Source: an uncultured Acidobacteriota bacterium (GTDB taxonomy: Bacteria > Acidobacteriota > Terriglobia > Acidiferrales > UBA7541). Taken from it: a DNA stretch of 64,000 nt. Below are positions 52,860 to 62,598 of this stretch, in pieces. The stretch lies in assembly GCA_963831955.1 (NCBI GenBank), contig CAWHSG010000001.1:903140-967139 (forward strand), read 5' to 3'. How positions within the stretch are numbered: position 1 is the stretch's first letter; each line of letters starts with the position of its first letter. The notes under the pieces were generated by a model. The model made no database searches and was not told the DNA's origin. It saw only the letters and a program-made list of their open reading frames with translations. The translations under genes and the position numbers were made by a program.

Positions 52860-55700
52860 CTAGAAGTGGAAGCCGACCTCGGCGCTAAACGTCCGGGGCG
52901 TCACATAATGCGTGCCGCTGAAGGTGGAGATGAAATTGTAAAGGGCTTCTTTGTTGGTCACATTGACGGCAGTAAGACGCAAGCTCCATTTGTATCGGTC
53001 GCCACGGAACAGGTTGTCCTCTCCCAACGCTAAATCAAACAGGTTCCGCGACGCTATGCGGGGCGGGTTGTGGTCGTCGTTCTCCGTCCCCGGCGCCGGA
53101 ATCGAAACGTACTTCGCACCGTAGCTCGCAGCGGGACACAGATTGACCCCCAAAGACGAGCTGATTGGCGTAGTCGGTGTCGCAAAGACCCCTCCGCAGA
53201 ACAGCCCGGCCTGGAACTGCTGGTCCGGTGTGATTATCGAAGTGTCCACTACGCTGTCACTCCCCATCGGTCCGTTGGCGCAGTTGCCTCCAGCGCACGG
53301 CACCGGACCTGCCACCAGCCCGCTGTCAAACCGCCAGTTGAAACCGAGCCAGGGCCCGCGTTTCCATGGTTGGTATTGCATGTGAGTGGTCTGATTAAAC
53401 TTCTCGTCGTGGTCGATGCGGAACACCGAGCCTGCCACTCCCGGTGTGGCCCCAATTCCACTGACCTGTGGACCAAAGAAACGCGCCGCCACGCTCGACA
53501 TCACCACGTACGCCGTGAACCCGTGCGTTTCCGGTACGCTCAAGCGAATAGCGTATCCAGGGATTTTCGAACTGGCCCACTCGATGGGATACGTGATCGG
53601 CGTATCGCCGAGCACGCTGAAGTCGAACGCCTTGTGCGTGTACTTCCAGATGTACTCGCCGTCGAAGACCAAGTATTTTCCAAACGCCTGTTCCAGGCCG
53701 GCGTGGAACTCATTGCGATGCCCTGGGCTTAGCGGCGGTATCGTCGGGGATACGCACGCTCCGCCGGCTACGGCTTCTTGTAAATCAAAGATCACCGGAT
53801 TATTGCAGCCGGTGCTGGCCAGGATCAGGTTTTCGTTGAACGGCGTCTCCATGGTCCGCGCATAGGAAACGCGCAGCACGGTATTGGTCTGCTTGATGTT
53901 GTATGCGACGCCTAGTCTTGGCTCGAGTTGCTGGGCGCTCGCGATGCCGTTGTAGAAGTCCGCCCGCAAGCCCAGGTTCCAGGTCCAGTTCTTGTAGGTG
54001 ATGGAATCTTGAGCGTACAAAGCCTCCTCTTTAATGTCTGTGTGGCCATTGAAGGTGAAAATACCGCTGGAGGTCTGCCCCGCTGGACAGCCGTCCGATG
54101 TTGGCAGCGAAGCCGTTCTCGTCAGGTCGAAGCAGCCCAAAAGGGGTAGAAATCCGGGATTCGCGGAGCCGCCCGGATTGCCAATCCCGCCGCAAGCTCC
54201 GGGATCGGTGATAGCCGGGTTGGTATTGAAGGTTCCATCTGCATTCAAACAAACCGGATTAACACCAGGGTCCACAATCCCGAAATGGTCATGCTCATCC
54301 AGGAAGGTATGCTCGAACGAGACTCCCGCCTTCACGTTGTGCATTCCCTTGACATAAGAGATTACCGCGCGGCCTCCGGCATTCAGCAACGCGCGATTCT
54401 GAGCGACGGTTTCCTGCTGCAGGTCGGGTGACAAATCAGCGAAAGGATTCGCGCTCGGGTAATAGTTGTATTGATCTCGTCGCACCCATCCCCCCAGCGT
54501 GAAGACCGTCCGTGAATTGATCAGGCGCGTCCACGAAGGAGCGATATTGAAAGTCCCGATCTTCGAGCGCTGGTCCTGAACCCCTACCGGTTCGCCGTCT
54601 GCTCCCAGGCCTCCGCAATTACCGATCTGCCCTACTGGGCAGACGGGGTCGATCGCATTAAAAGTCCAACCCGTTGCGTTTTCAGCGTCGAACGAGTTTG
54701 GCGTTTGAAACCAGGAGCGGCTGTAGCCAAAGTTGAAACTAAGGGTGTCCGCCGTTGAAAACTTGTAGTCCACACGATCGAATAGGTTTTCCTCGTTGCC
54801 TTTGTCGTGCATGACCACAAATTCCGGACCGTCCAGAAATCGCCCGGTATTTAGACCGTTAGCCGAGATGAAGTTTCCCCACTTGTCATTGCCGTACCCT
54901 AAATCAAATCCTGCGTATGCCGTCCCAAACGATCCGTACGAAGACGTCACTGAGCCATGAGCCGGGTTGACACCCAAGCCCGACCGGGTGGTAGCCACGA
55001 TCACCAGGCTGGTCTTGCCCCCAAACTCGGCCGGCGGCGCTCCCTCGATTACTTCCAGGGATTGCACCGAATCTACGGGAAGCTGATTCGAGAACACTTT
55101 GCTTTGCTGGTCGGTGATCGGCTGTCCGTCAATCGAAAAGGAGTTTGACGCGTGATCGCCCAGTCCGTGAAACAATCCGTTTGAGTCTGCAGCGACCCCC
55201 GGAGAAGCCAACGTCACCAGCGAGCTGAGTGACGAAGACGTGCTCTCGAGCGGCAGCTTCTCGAACAGCCCACGATCCACGTCCGTATGCGCCGTCGAGT
55301 CCGTCTCGATCAAATCGCCACCGTTGGACTCTACGGTCACCGTCGTCGAGGTGCCCGCAATCTGCATGGCGATCTGCAGCGTTACCGGCACCGACGAACG
55401 CACCTCCACATCCTCCGTGTAAGACGCGAATCCCTTCGACGTCACCACCAGGTGGTAAGGATTGAACGGCACGTTTTCAAATTTGAACGAGCCGTCCGAG
55501 CCCGTCGTGGCGTATCGCGTGTAGCCGCTTACAGGATTCGTAATTTCCACCGATGCGCCCGGGATCACTGCGCCCGTCGCGTCCTTCACATTGCCACTGA
55601 TCGAGGCTGCGTTTGCTCCTTGCGCGCGGGCCGTGCTTGCGGATAGCGCCGCCCCTGCGGCCAAAGCCAATACCAATACACTTCTAAGAATCCCTCGCAT
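52860..55700 (-). CDS. TonB-dependent receptor-like outer-membrane protein with N-terminal CarboxypepD_reg domain
   Basis: Signal peptide. SISGNVKDATGAVIPGASVEITNPVSGY...GSDGSFKFENVPFNPYHLVV, a plug-like region, a long beta-barrel and the terminal motif EVGFHF. Confidence 0.8.
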   Translation of the reverse strand: MRGILRSVLVLALAAGAALSASTARAQGANAASISGNVKDATGAVIPGASVEITNPVSGYTRYATTGSDGSFKFENVPFNPYHLVVTSKGFASYTEDVEVRSSVPVTLQIAMQIAGTSTTVTVESNGGDLIETDSTAHTDVDRGLFEKLPLESTSSSLSSLVTLASPGVAADSNGLFHGLGDHASNSFSIDGQPITDQQSKVFSNQLPVDSVQSLEVIEGAPPAEFGGKTSLVIVATTRSGLGVNPAHGSVTSSYGSFGTAYAGFDLGYGNDKWGNFISANGLNTGRFLDGPEFVVMHDKGNEENLFDRVDYKFSTADTLSFNFGYSRSWFQTPNSFDAENATGWTFNAIDPVCPVGQIGNCGGLGADGEPVGVQDQRSKIGTFNIAPSWTRLINSRTVFTLGGWVRRDQYNYYPSANPFADLSPDLQQETVAQNRALLNAGGRAVISYVKGMHNVKAGVSFEHTFLDEHDHFGIVDPGVNPVCLNADGTFNTNPAITDPGACGGIGNPGGSANPGFLPLLGCFDLTRTASLPTSDGCPAGQTSSGIFTFNGHTDIKEEALYAQDSITYKNWTWNLGLRADFYNGIASAQQLEPRLGVAYNIKQTNTVLRVSYARTMETPFNENLILASTGCNNPVIFDLQEAVAGGACVSPTIPPLSPGHRNEFHAGLEQAFGKYLVFDGEYIWKYTHKAFDFSVLGDTPITYPIEWASSKIPGYAIRLSVPETHGFTAYVVMSSVAARFFGPQVSGIGATPGVAGSVFRIDHDEKFNQTTHMQYQPWKRGPWLGFNWRFDSGLVAGPVPCAGGNCANGPMGSDSVVDTSIITPDQQFQAGLFCGGVFATPTTPISSSLGVNLCPAASYGAKYVSIPAPGTENDDHNPPRIASRNLFDLALGEDNLFRGDRYKWSLRLTAVNVTNKEALYNFISTFSGTHYVTPRTFSAEVGFHF

Positions 55701-55846
55701 TTTTCCTCCGTACCCCTGCCCGGGGCGGTATGTGGTAATGGATCGTGGAGTCGCCGCCGCTCCTGGAAATGCAAATCCAAAAGAGCGGAAGCGCCGGCGC
55801 GCGCGTAACGCGGCCGGTGGACGATCTTCAGTTGACTTAGTTGGAG

Positions 55847-56164
55847 TTAGGCAGAGGGAGGCGCGCGAGAGGAATGATCGGAAATCAGCAGCTCAAGATC
55901 GGGCGTGCGAATTTCGCAGGGCACCCCATGAGCCACCAAAACCAAAACCGGAGCTTTGACGACGGTAGCCGACTTAATCGGCGCATTATGCGCGATGTGG
56001 CAAACTGGGCAGGCCGCGTCCGAGCTTCCCGCGTGATGATGCGCGAGAGTTGACTCGGTGGCCATGAACAGCAGCGCGAATATCGCCAGGCAGACGAATA
56101 TTACTTGTGCCCTGCGGTGCGCCGGGTTGGCCCAAGACTTCATGTGCTTGTCACTATACCCCAC
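55847..56164 (-). CDS. small membrane-anchored Cys/His protein (HHH...ACPVCHIAH), paralog of 61864..62148
   Basis: One N-terminal hydrophobic helix, a His cluster, a CxxCH motif and a C-terminal RAPPSA. It lies 71 nt downstream of czcA on the same strand. Start is uncertain (GTG 56164 or ATG 56143). Confidence 0.55.
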   Translation of the reverse strand: MGYSDKHMKSWANPAHRRAQVIFVCLAIFALLFMATESTLAHHHAGSSDAACPVCHIAHNAPIKSATVVKAPVLVLVAHGVPCEIRTPDLELLISDHSSRAPPSA

Positions 56165-56235
56165 AGATGCCCATTAGACGCTAAAAGCTGCAAGAGGTTT
56201 GCACTAATCGTCACGCGCCTCCGGGCCGCCATCGC

Positions 56236-59200
56236 CTATACCTGCAAAACATCGCCTTCGCGAGCTACCATCTGGTAGAGCACTGGGCTCACGATGCGTC
56301 CCAGGAATAGCCGCGAGATCAGTCCCGCCACAATCACGATCGCAAACGGTTTCTGCGAGTCCGAGCCTACGCCAGTGGAAAGCGCCGCGGGCAGCAAACC
56401 GAGACAGGCCACCAGCGCCGTCATCATGATCGGCCGCAGCCGGATCAACGATCCATCGAGCGTAGCCTCGCGGATGCCCTGGCCTTCGAGGCGCAGCTTA
56501 TTGATGTAGGAGACGTCGATGATCGCGGTCTCCGCCGAGACGCCCATGAGCACCAGCAAGCCGAGCACTGACGAGACGCTAAACGTCGTGTGCGTAAGTT
56601 TCAGCGCCAGCAGCGCGCCAACCGGCTCGGTCATCACCACTCCAATCAGCACGGTGAGCGGAAACTTAAAATTGCCGTAGAGCGCGAAGAGGATGACAAA
56701 TATCAGCAGAACGGCGAGCGGGCCGATCAGCGCAAATTGGTCGCGCGAGGCAACATATTCACTATATTCGCCGCCCCAATCGAGGCGGTAGCCCTGCGGC
56801 AACTTAACCGATGACTGCACGGCTTTCTGCGCCTCGTTCACCGCGCGCGCCAGATCGCGCCCTTCAATACTGAATTGCACCCCGATGTAGCGCGAATTAT
56901 TCTCGCGGTAGATGAACGATGCCCCGTTGCCCTGATGAATGGTAGCCAGCTCGGAAATCGGAATCTGCTGCCCGGAAGGCGTCGGCACCAGCAAATTGCT
57001 GATGGCGTGCTCGCTCGAGCGATACTCGGGCTTCATGCGCACCACTAAATCGAACAACTGCTCGCCCTGGATCACTTGTGTGGCCGCTTGCCCGCCCACC
57101 GCCGCCTGAATCACTCCTTCCACGTCGGAGACATTGATCCCGTAGCGCGCGATTTTTTCGCGGTCCACGTCAATTTGCACGCTCGGCTGGCCCAGCTCGC
57201 GGACCACGGTGAGTTCGGTGAATCCGGGTACTTGCTGCAGCACGCGCTTAATCTCGACGGCTTTGTCTTCGAGTGTTTGCAGATCTGGCCCGTAGATTTT
57301 CACCGCCAGCGCGCTCTTCAAGCCCGTCAGCGCTTCATCTACGGCGTCTTCGGCCGGCTGCGTGAAGTTGAAAATCACGCCGGGATACGATTCCACTTTT
57401 TTCTGAATGTCTTTGGTCAGCTCGGCCTTGTTGTGAATCGATCCCTTCTTCCACAGCGCGTCGTTATAAGGTTTCAACCCGACATAAAATTCGCAATTGA
57501 AGAACCCGGTGGGATCGGTGCCATCGTCGGGGCGCGCCAGCTCCGAACCAACTTCAGTGACCATCGGGTAGGACATCAAGATCTTGCGGATCTGCGGCGC
57601 GAATTTAGCGGCCTCCTCGAAGGAAATGGTGTAGGGCATAGTAGCGCGCACCCACATCGCCCCTTCGTCCAGGTGGGGCATAAACTCGCCGCCGATGAAG
57701 GGAATCAGCAGCAGCGAAGCGAGGAAAATGATGGTGGCAAACACCATCGTTAGATTCGGGCGGTCCAGGCACCAGCGCAGTTCCGCGGCGTATTCGTCCT
57801 TGAGCCATTCATATGCGCGGTTTACATTTTCCTTCACGCCGTGCGTGAACCAGTAGGAAGCCAGCACGGGCACAAGTGTGAGCGTCAATAGCAACGAGCC
57901 CAGCAGCGCCCACGACATCGTTTCCGCCATGGGGTGGAACAGCTTGCCGGAAGGACCAGTCAGCGCGTAGATGGGAATGTAACCGGCCAAAATCACGGCG
58001 ATGGAATAAAAAATCGGCCGGTCCACGTCCCGCGCTGCCGCGATGATCACTTCGTGCAGGCTGTACTCTTGCCCGTGCCGCGCCGCGAGCTCCCGGTAGA
58101 TGTTCTCCATCATCACCACCGTGCCATCGATGATGATTCCAAAATCGATTGCCCCAATCGAAAGCAGATTTGCCGGGATTCCGCGACCGTGCAGAAATAT
58201 GAATGAGAACAACAGGCTCAGCGGAATCGTCAGCGCAACTATCACCGCTGCCCGCACGCTGACCAGAAAAAAGATCAGCACGATAAACACCAGCGCCATG
58301 CCCAGCAGCAGGTTGTGCTCCACCGTGTCGACGGTTACCTGCACCAGATCGCTGCGGTCATAGTAGGGGTGAACTTTCACGTCCGGCGGCAGAAGATCGC
58401 GGTTAATTTCCTTCGTCTTCTCTTCCACTCGCTTGAGCACGTTTTGGGTCTGCTCGCCGGTGAGCATGAGGATGACGCCCTCGACGCGGTCGTCATCATT
58501 CTGGAATCCGAATTCGCCCAGGCGCGGCGCATGGCCGATGGTGACTTCGCCGATGTCCCGGATGCGCACCGGAACGCCATTGTTGTTCCCCACCACAATT
58601 TGGCCGATGTCTTCGGTCCTATTCACCAACCCGAGTCCGCGCACGTAGAAAAATTGCGAGCCCTGCGAATAAAAGCCGCCGCCGGCGTTGGCGTTGTTGG
58701 CCGCGAGCGCATTCAGCACTTGCGGCAAAGGAATGTGGTAGCTGTAAATCTTGGCGGGATCGAGCAGCACCTGATATTGCATCACCGTGCCGCCAAATCC
58801 CGAATCGTCAGCCACGCCCGGCACGGACTTGTAAGCCCGCTCAATCACCCAGTCTTCGAAGGTTTTTAGCTCTTGTGGAGTGCGGTCCGGACTGTCGATC
58901 ACGTAGCGGTAAACCAAATTCGACGGGCTCGAAAGCGGCGCCAAACTGCCCGTCACTCCGGGGGGTAACGTAGCGTCCGAGAGCCTTTCAAACACCACCT
59001 GCCGCGCGAAATAATTGTCCGTGTCGTCCTGAAACGTCATGATCACGTCGGACAATCCATACAGCGAGATCGAGCGCATGAACACCATGTGCGGCACGCC
59101 GTTCATCTGCAGCTCGATCGGCAGCGTCACCAGCCGCTCGATTTCCTCGGCCGCGTGCCCGGGCCACTGGGTGATCACTTCCACCAGAGGCGGTGAAAGA

Positions 59201-59322
59201 TCCGGGTAAGCGTCCACAGGCATGCGCTGAAACGAAATCGCGCCGGCAATGACGATGAGCACAGCCATCATCAGCACAAGAAAGCGCTGCCGCAGAGCAA
59301 ATTGAACGATGCGATGAATCAT
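56236..59322 (-). CDS. czcA: heavy-metal efflux RND permease, CzcA/CusA family (CzcA-like)
   Basis: 1028 aa. N-terminus MIHRIVQFALRQRFLVL...YPDLSPPLVEV. The TM4 signature AIDFGIIIDGTVVMMEN matches the DFG-DG-VEN motif of divalent-cation HME-RND pumps. Confidence 0.85.
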   Translation of the reverse strand: MIHRIVQFALRQRFLVLMMAVLIVIAGAISFQRMPVDAYPDLSPPLVEVITQWPGHAAEEIERLVTLPIELQMNGVPHMVFMRSISLYGLSDVIMTFQDDTDNYFARQVVFERLSDATLPPGVTGSLAPLSSPSNLVYRYVIDSPDRTPQELKTFEDWVIERAYKSVPGVADDSGFGGTVMQYQVLLDPAKIYSYHIPLPQVLNALAANNANAGGGFYSQGSQFFYVRGLGLVNRTEDIGQIVVGNNNGVPVRIRDIGEVTIGHAPRLGEFGFQNDDDRVEGVILMLTGEQTQNVLKRVEEKTKEINRDLLPPDVKVHPYYDRSDLVQVTVDTVEHNLLLGMALVFIVLIFFLVSVRAAVIVALTIPLSLLFSFIFLHGRGIPANLLSIGAIDFGIIIDGTVVMMENIYRELAARHGQEYSLHEVIIAAARDVDRPIFYSIAVILAGYIPIYALTGPSGKLFHPMAETMSWALLGSLLLTLTLVPVLASYWFTHGVKENVNRAYEWLKDEYAAELRWCLDRPNLTMVFATIIFLASLLLIPFIGGEFMPHLDEGAMWVRATMPYTISFEEAAKFAPQIRKILMSYPMVTEVGSELARPDDGTDPTGFFNCEFYVGLKPYNDALWKKGSIHNKAELTKDIQKKVESYPGVIFNFTQPAEDAVDEALTGLKSALAVKIYGPDLQTLEDKAVEIKRVLQQVPGFTELTVVRELGQPSVQIDVDREKIARYGINVSDVEGVIQAAVGGQAATQVIQGEQLFDLVVRMKPEYRSSEHAISNLLVPTPSGQQIPISELATIHQGNGASFIYRENNSRYIGVQFSIEGRDLARAVNEAQKAVQSSVKLPQGYRLDWGGEYSEYVASRDQFALIGPLAVLLIFVILFALYGNFKFPLTVLIGVVMTEPVGALLALKLTHTTFSVSSVLGLLVLMGVSAETAIIDVSYINKLRLEGQGIREATLDGSLIRLRPIMMTALVACLGLLPAALSTGVGSDSQKPFAIVIVAGLISRLFLGRIVSPVLYQMVAREGDVLQV

Positions 59323-59340
59323 TTAGACTACGGTTTCCCC

Positions 59341-60513
59341 TCAGCGCTGCAGCGAATTCTGGAATTGCAGGAATAAGCTGCCGTCGCCGACCACGTGATC
59401 GTTTGCCTGCAGCCCGGTGAGGATTTGTGTTTTTCCGGCCTGGCTTTCGCCGAGCGTCACGCCGCGCCGCGCAAACTGGCTGTTCCCTGTTTGCAGATAG
59501 ACGTACGGCATGTTCTGGTCGTCGCGCAGCACCGAGGAATCAGGGACGAACAGCGCATTTTGAATCACGCCGGCTCGGACTTCGGCACTCACGTACATTT
59601 CCTTCTTCAAACGCTCGCCCGGATTCGGTGCTTCGATCCGCGCTTGCAGCGTCCGCGTATTGGGATCGAGCGCGGGAGAAATATATTGGATCCTTCCGCT
59701 CACAGCCGTCGGATACGATTCGTTGGTGATGGTCACGGGATCGCCCACATGTACGTACGCCACGTCCTTCTGGTAGATGTTCACCAGAATCCAGACCGAA
59801 CTCATGTCTGAGAGCGTGAAGCATTGCGTCGCTCCGGCGGCCAGCAATTGCCCCACGGAGCACTCTTTGTCCACCACCTCTCCAGCCACCGGCGAGTAGA
59901 GCGGAATTTCCGCCGAGGCGGGCTTGCTAACGATCGAGTCCGCGTCCGCAATGCCGAGAATATGGATGGCGTCGGTGCTGGCCTCGAAGTCCGCGCGCGC
60001 CTGCTCGCGGGTTGATGCCGCTTGCTCGAGGTCGGCCTCGGCAATGGCGTGGTGCGCGTAGAGATCCTGCGCGCGGACGTAGAACCTGTCCGCGAGCTGG
60101 TAGGCATCGCGAGCCTTGATATAAGCCGAGCGCAGCAGTGAGTAATCCGGGCTGGCCACGTAAAGCATCGGCTGCCCGGCGCGCACATGCTCGCCCGGCG
60201 CCACCACCACCCGGCTCACCGGCCCGCCTATCTGCGTAATCACCGGCGTAGTCTTGAAGTCGTTGTACTCCACTGCACCAGTCAGCCGCAGCGTGCGTGC
60301 CAGCGGCCCCTGCGCCACCGTCACCACCTGAATGTGAGACATCTGGTCGGCAGGCAGCGAGAACAATTCCGCTTTAGCGTCCGCACTTTCCGCGGTCGAG
60401 TACGAAGTCATCTTGCTGGCCTGATCTCCCGATCCGCACCCGGCCAGCGCCAAGCTCAGTGCCGACACCAAGATCGCCCCGTTGCATCGCCTTGAGCGTG
60501 TTCCCGTTTTCAT
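59341..60513 (-). CDS. czcB: efflux RND periplasmic adaptor (membrane fusion) lipoprotein, CzcB-like
   Basis: Lipobox LALAGCGS. Barrel-sandwich hybrid and coiled-coil hairpin pattern. It lies 18 nt upstream of czcA. Confidence 0.8.
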   Translation of the reverse strand: MKTGTRSRRCNGAILVSALSLALAGCGSGDQASKMTSYSTAESADAKAELFSLPADQMSHIQVVTVAQGPLARTLRLTGAVEYNDFKTTPVITQIGGPVSRVVVAPGEHVRAGQPMLYVASPDYSLLRSAYIKARDAYQLADRFYVRAQDLYAHHAIAEADLEQAASTREQARADFEASTDAIHILGIADADSIVSKPASAEIPLYSPVAGEVVDKECSVGQLLAAGATQCFTLSDMSSVWILVNIYQKDVAYVHVGDPVTITNESYPTAVSGRIQYISPALDPNTRTLQARIEAPNPGERLKKEMYVSAEVRAGVIQNALFVPDSSVLRDDQNMPYVYLQTGNSQFARRGVTLGESQAGKTQILTGLQANDHVVGDGSLFLQFQNSLQR

Positions 60514-61787
60514 GGCAAGTTCCTTGACCCCACAGCTTCGCGGAGCTGCTCGAGCGCCGTCTGGTAAGACGCGAGAGACTGCCGGTACGCGAGCTCGACG
60601 GCGCGATAGCTGCGTTCGGCATCGAGAAAGTCGAGCAGGCTCGCGGCGCCGCGTTTATAGGCGTACTCGCTGATATCGCGCGATTCCTTGGCTGCATCGA
60701 GATAGCCGGTGCGATAGAGCTTGATGATTTGATCGTTCGTCTGCAGATTCTCGTACGCGTTCACCACATCGGTCAGCACCTGCTCCTGCGCCGCCTTCTC
60801 CGTTTCCTGCGATTGGCCGATCGCGTAGCGTGTCCGCGCGATTTCTCCCTGATTGCGGTTGAAAATTGGCAGCGGGATGCTGAAGAACAAAGAAACCGAG
60901 CTGAGGCCCGAGGTATGCGAGTAATCCGCCCCGGCGGTCAGGTCTTGTTTGGCGATGGACTTCTGCACTTCGTATTGGCTCTGCGCCGCGGTCACGCCCT
61001 GTTGCGCCGCGCGCAAATCCGGGCGCTGCCGCAACGCCATCGCCTCTAGATCGTCGCGCTTCGCTTGCACCGGCTGGTAATCGAGTTCTCCGGCCACGTC
61101 GTAGTCCGCGGGCACGGATTCAAACCCAAGCTGTTGCCGCAGCGAAATCAGCGCCTGCACTTTCGCCAGCTGTGCTTGGGAATAGTCGGTCTGGAACTGA
61201 AGAAGCTGCAGCTTGATCTTGAGGTAGTCGCCTTCGCTTATTCCGCCCGCTTTCAATTGGGCTTCGCTGATGTCCACAGTGTTCTGAAAGCTCCTTACGT
61301 CCTGCTCGGCCAGCGCCAGGGTGGACTCCGCAAGCTGCACGCTGACGAAATCCGACGCCACAAGAAAAGTCAGCGCCCTCTCGTTATCCGCCACCTGCGA
61401 TTTCGTCTGCGCCGTAACATCCAACGCCGCCTGCAAGCGGTGCTGCCGCTTCCGTCCGATCTCGAAGAGGTAGCTCAGCCCGATATCGAATTGCGCGTTC
61501 TGGTCGAAGTAAGTCGTACCCACCTGGGTGGGCTGAAAGAGAGGCAGGAACTGCGCGTCCCATGAAAGCACCGGATTGGGCCGCAGATTGGCAGTGATCT
61601 CTTCTGCCTGCGACTGCTGAATCGTCGAGCGCTCCGCCTGCAAAGTGTGGTTATGATCGAGCGCCAGCTTTATGGCTTCATCAAGCGTAATCCGCACCGG
61701 CCCCTGGGTCTGTCCCAGAGCTGCAACCGCGCTCGCTCCAAAAATAAGCGCCGATAGCGCCACAAAACCAGTTAGTCGTTTCCACAT
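60510..61787 (-). CDS. czcC: TolC-family outer membrane efflux protein, CzcC-like
   Basis: Signal peptide, two OEP repeats (LTLDEAIKLALDHNHTLQA...) and a 4-bp overlap with the adaptor gene. Confidence 0.8.
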   Translation of the reverse strand: MWKRLTGFVALSALIFGASAVAALGQTQGPVRITLDEAIKLALDHNHTLQAERSTIQQSQAEEITANLRPNPVLSWDAQFLPLFQPTQVGTTYFDQNAQFDIGLSYLFEIGRKRQHRLQAALDVTAQTKSQVADNERALTFLVASDFVSVQLAESTLALAEQDVRSFQNTVDISEAQLKAGGISEGDYLKIKLQLLQFQTDYSQAQLAKVQALISLRQQLGFESVPADYDVAGELDYQPVQAKRDDLEAMALRQRPDLRAAQQGVTAAQSQYEVQKSIAKQDLTAGADYSHTSGLSSVSLFFSIPLPIFNRNQGEIARTRYAIGQSQETEKAAQEQVLTDVVNAYENLQTNDQIIKLYRTGYLDAAKESRDISEYAYKRGAASLLDFLDAERSYRAVELAYRQSLASYQTALEQLREAVGSRNLP

Positions 61788-61863
61788 AGAACCACCATTC
61801 TTGAAGTGGAATAGAAAAGTAAATCAGCGCGCCCGAATCGGCGCAGGATTTCTAACGGAAGAG

Positions 61864-62148
61864 CTAAACCGAAGGCGGAGCGCGTGCAGGAACGCGGTGA
61901 ATATCTGGAGCAGATTGAAACGCCGGCAGAACCGCTTCAAAGTTTCGTCCCACGGGCGCAAGCACCGGCAAGCGGTGTCCGTCCAATGGTTTATCGGCAG
62001 CCTGATGGCTGTAATGGCAAACCGGGCAGGCTCGTTCGGAGCCGTTGCTGTGAGTATGCCAAACGCTGCCAAACGTGCTGCCAAAAATCAACAGGCTGAC
62101 GAGTGCCAGCGACACAATCACCAGCCGAATTTTCCGTTCGGATGCCAT
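61864..62148 (-). CDS. small membrane-anchored Cys/His protein (HTH...ACPVCHYSH), paralog of 55847..56164
   Basis: N-terminal helix IRLVIVSLALVSLLIFG, HTH, a CxxCH motif and C-terminal RAPPSV. It lies 76 nt upstream of czcC on the same strand. Confidence 0.55.
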   Translation of the reverse strand: MASERKIRLVIVSLALVSLLIFGSTFGSVWHTHSNGSERACPVCHYSHQAADKPLDGHRLPVLAPVGRNFEAVLPAFQSAPDIHRVPARAPPSV

Positions 62149-62255
62149 TCTCTTTACAGCAGGACCAACCGCGCGGGCCCACGTGTTTCAGTGTATCTAA
62201 GATGCAGAGACCCGGAAAGCGTTGTGTTTCCAGTGGTAGCCATCGCGGCATGCTG

Positions 62256-62573
62256 CTAAGCAGACTGTTCGAGGGCCTTTTCCACCATGGTCACACACTT
62301 CTCGACGCGCTGCTGCAGCGGTCCTTGAATCGCTTCCAGACGCCCCTGAACCGTGTGCAGCTCGTCGGCAATATTCAGCGCCGCCAGCACCGCTACACGC
62401 ACCGAGTCCACCGTGTGCGTCGCCTCCGCCACCATTCGCATCTTCGCGTCCACAAACGCCGCGAGTTCCTTCAGTTGCTCTTCATTCCCATCAGCGTGCA
62501 CATTGTAAGCTTGCCCGTAAATTTCGATCTTCACGCGATTCTCCCCGCTGAGCCGAAGATATTCTCCGGCCAC
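62256..62573 (-). CDS. zapA: cell division protein ZapA
   Basis: VKIEIYGQAYNVHADGNEEQLKELAAFVDAKMRMV...VAVLAALNIADEL. Confidence 0.8.
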   Translation of the reverse strand: MAGEYLRLSGENRVKIEIYGQAYNVHADGNEEQLKELAAFVDAKMRMVAEATHTVDSVRVAVLAALNIADELHTVQGRLEAIQGPLQQRVEKCVTMVEKALEQSA

Positions 62574-62598
62574 CAGCCAACTCTGACAAGCAAAACAT

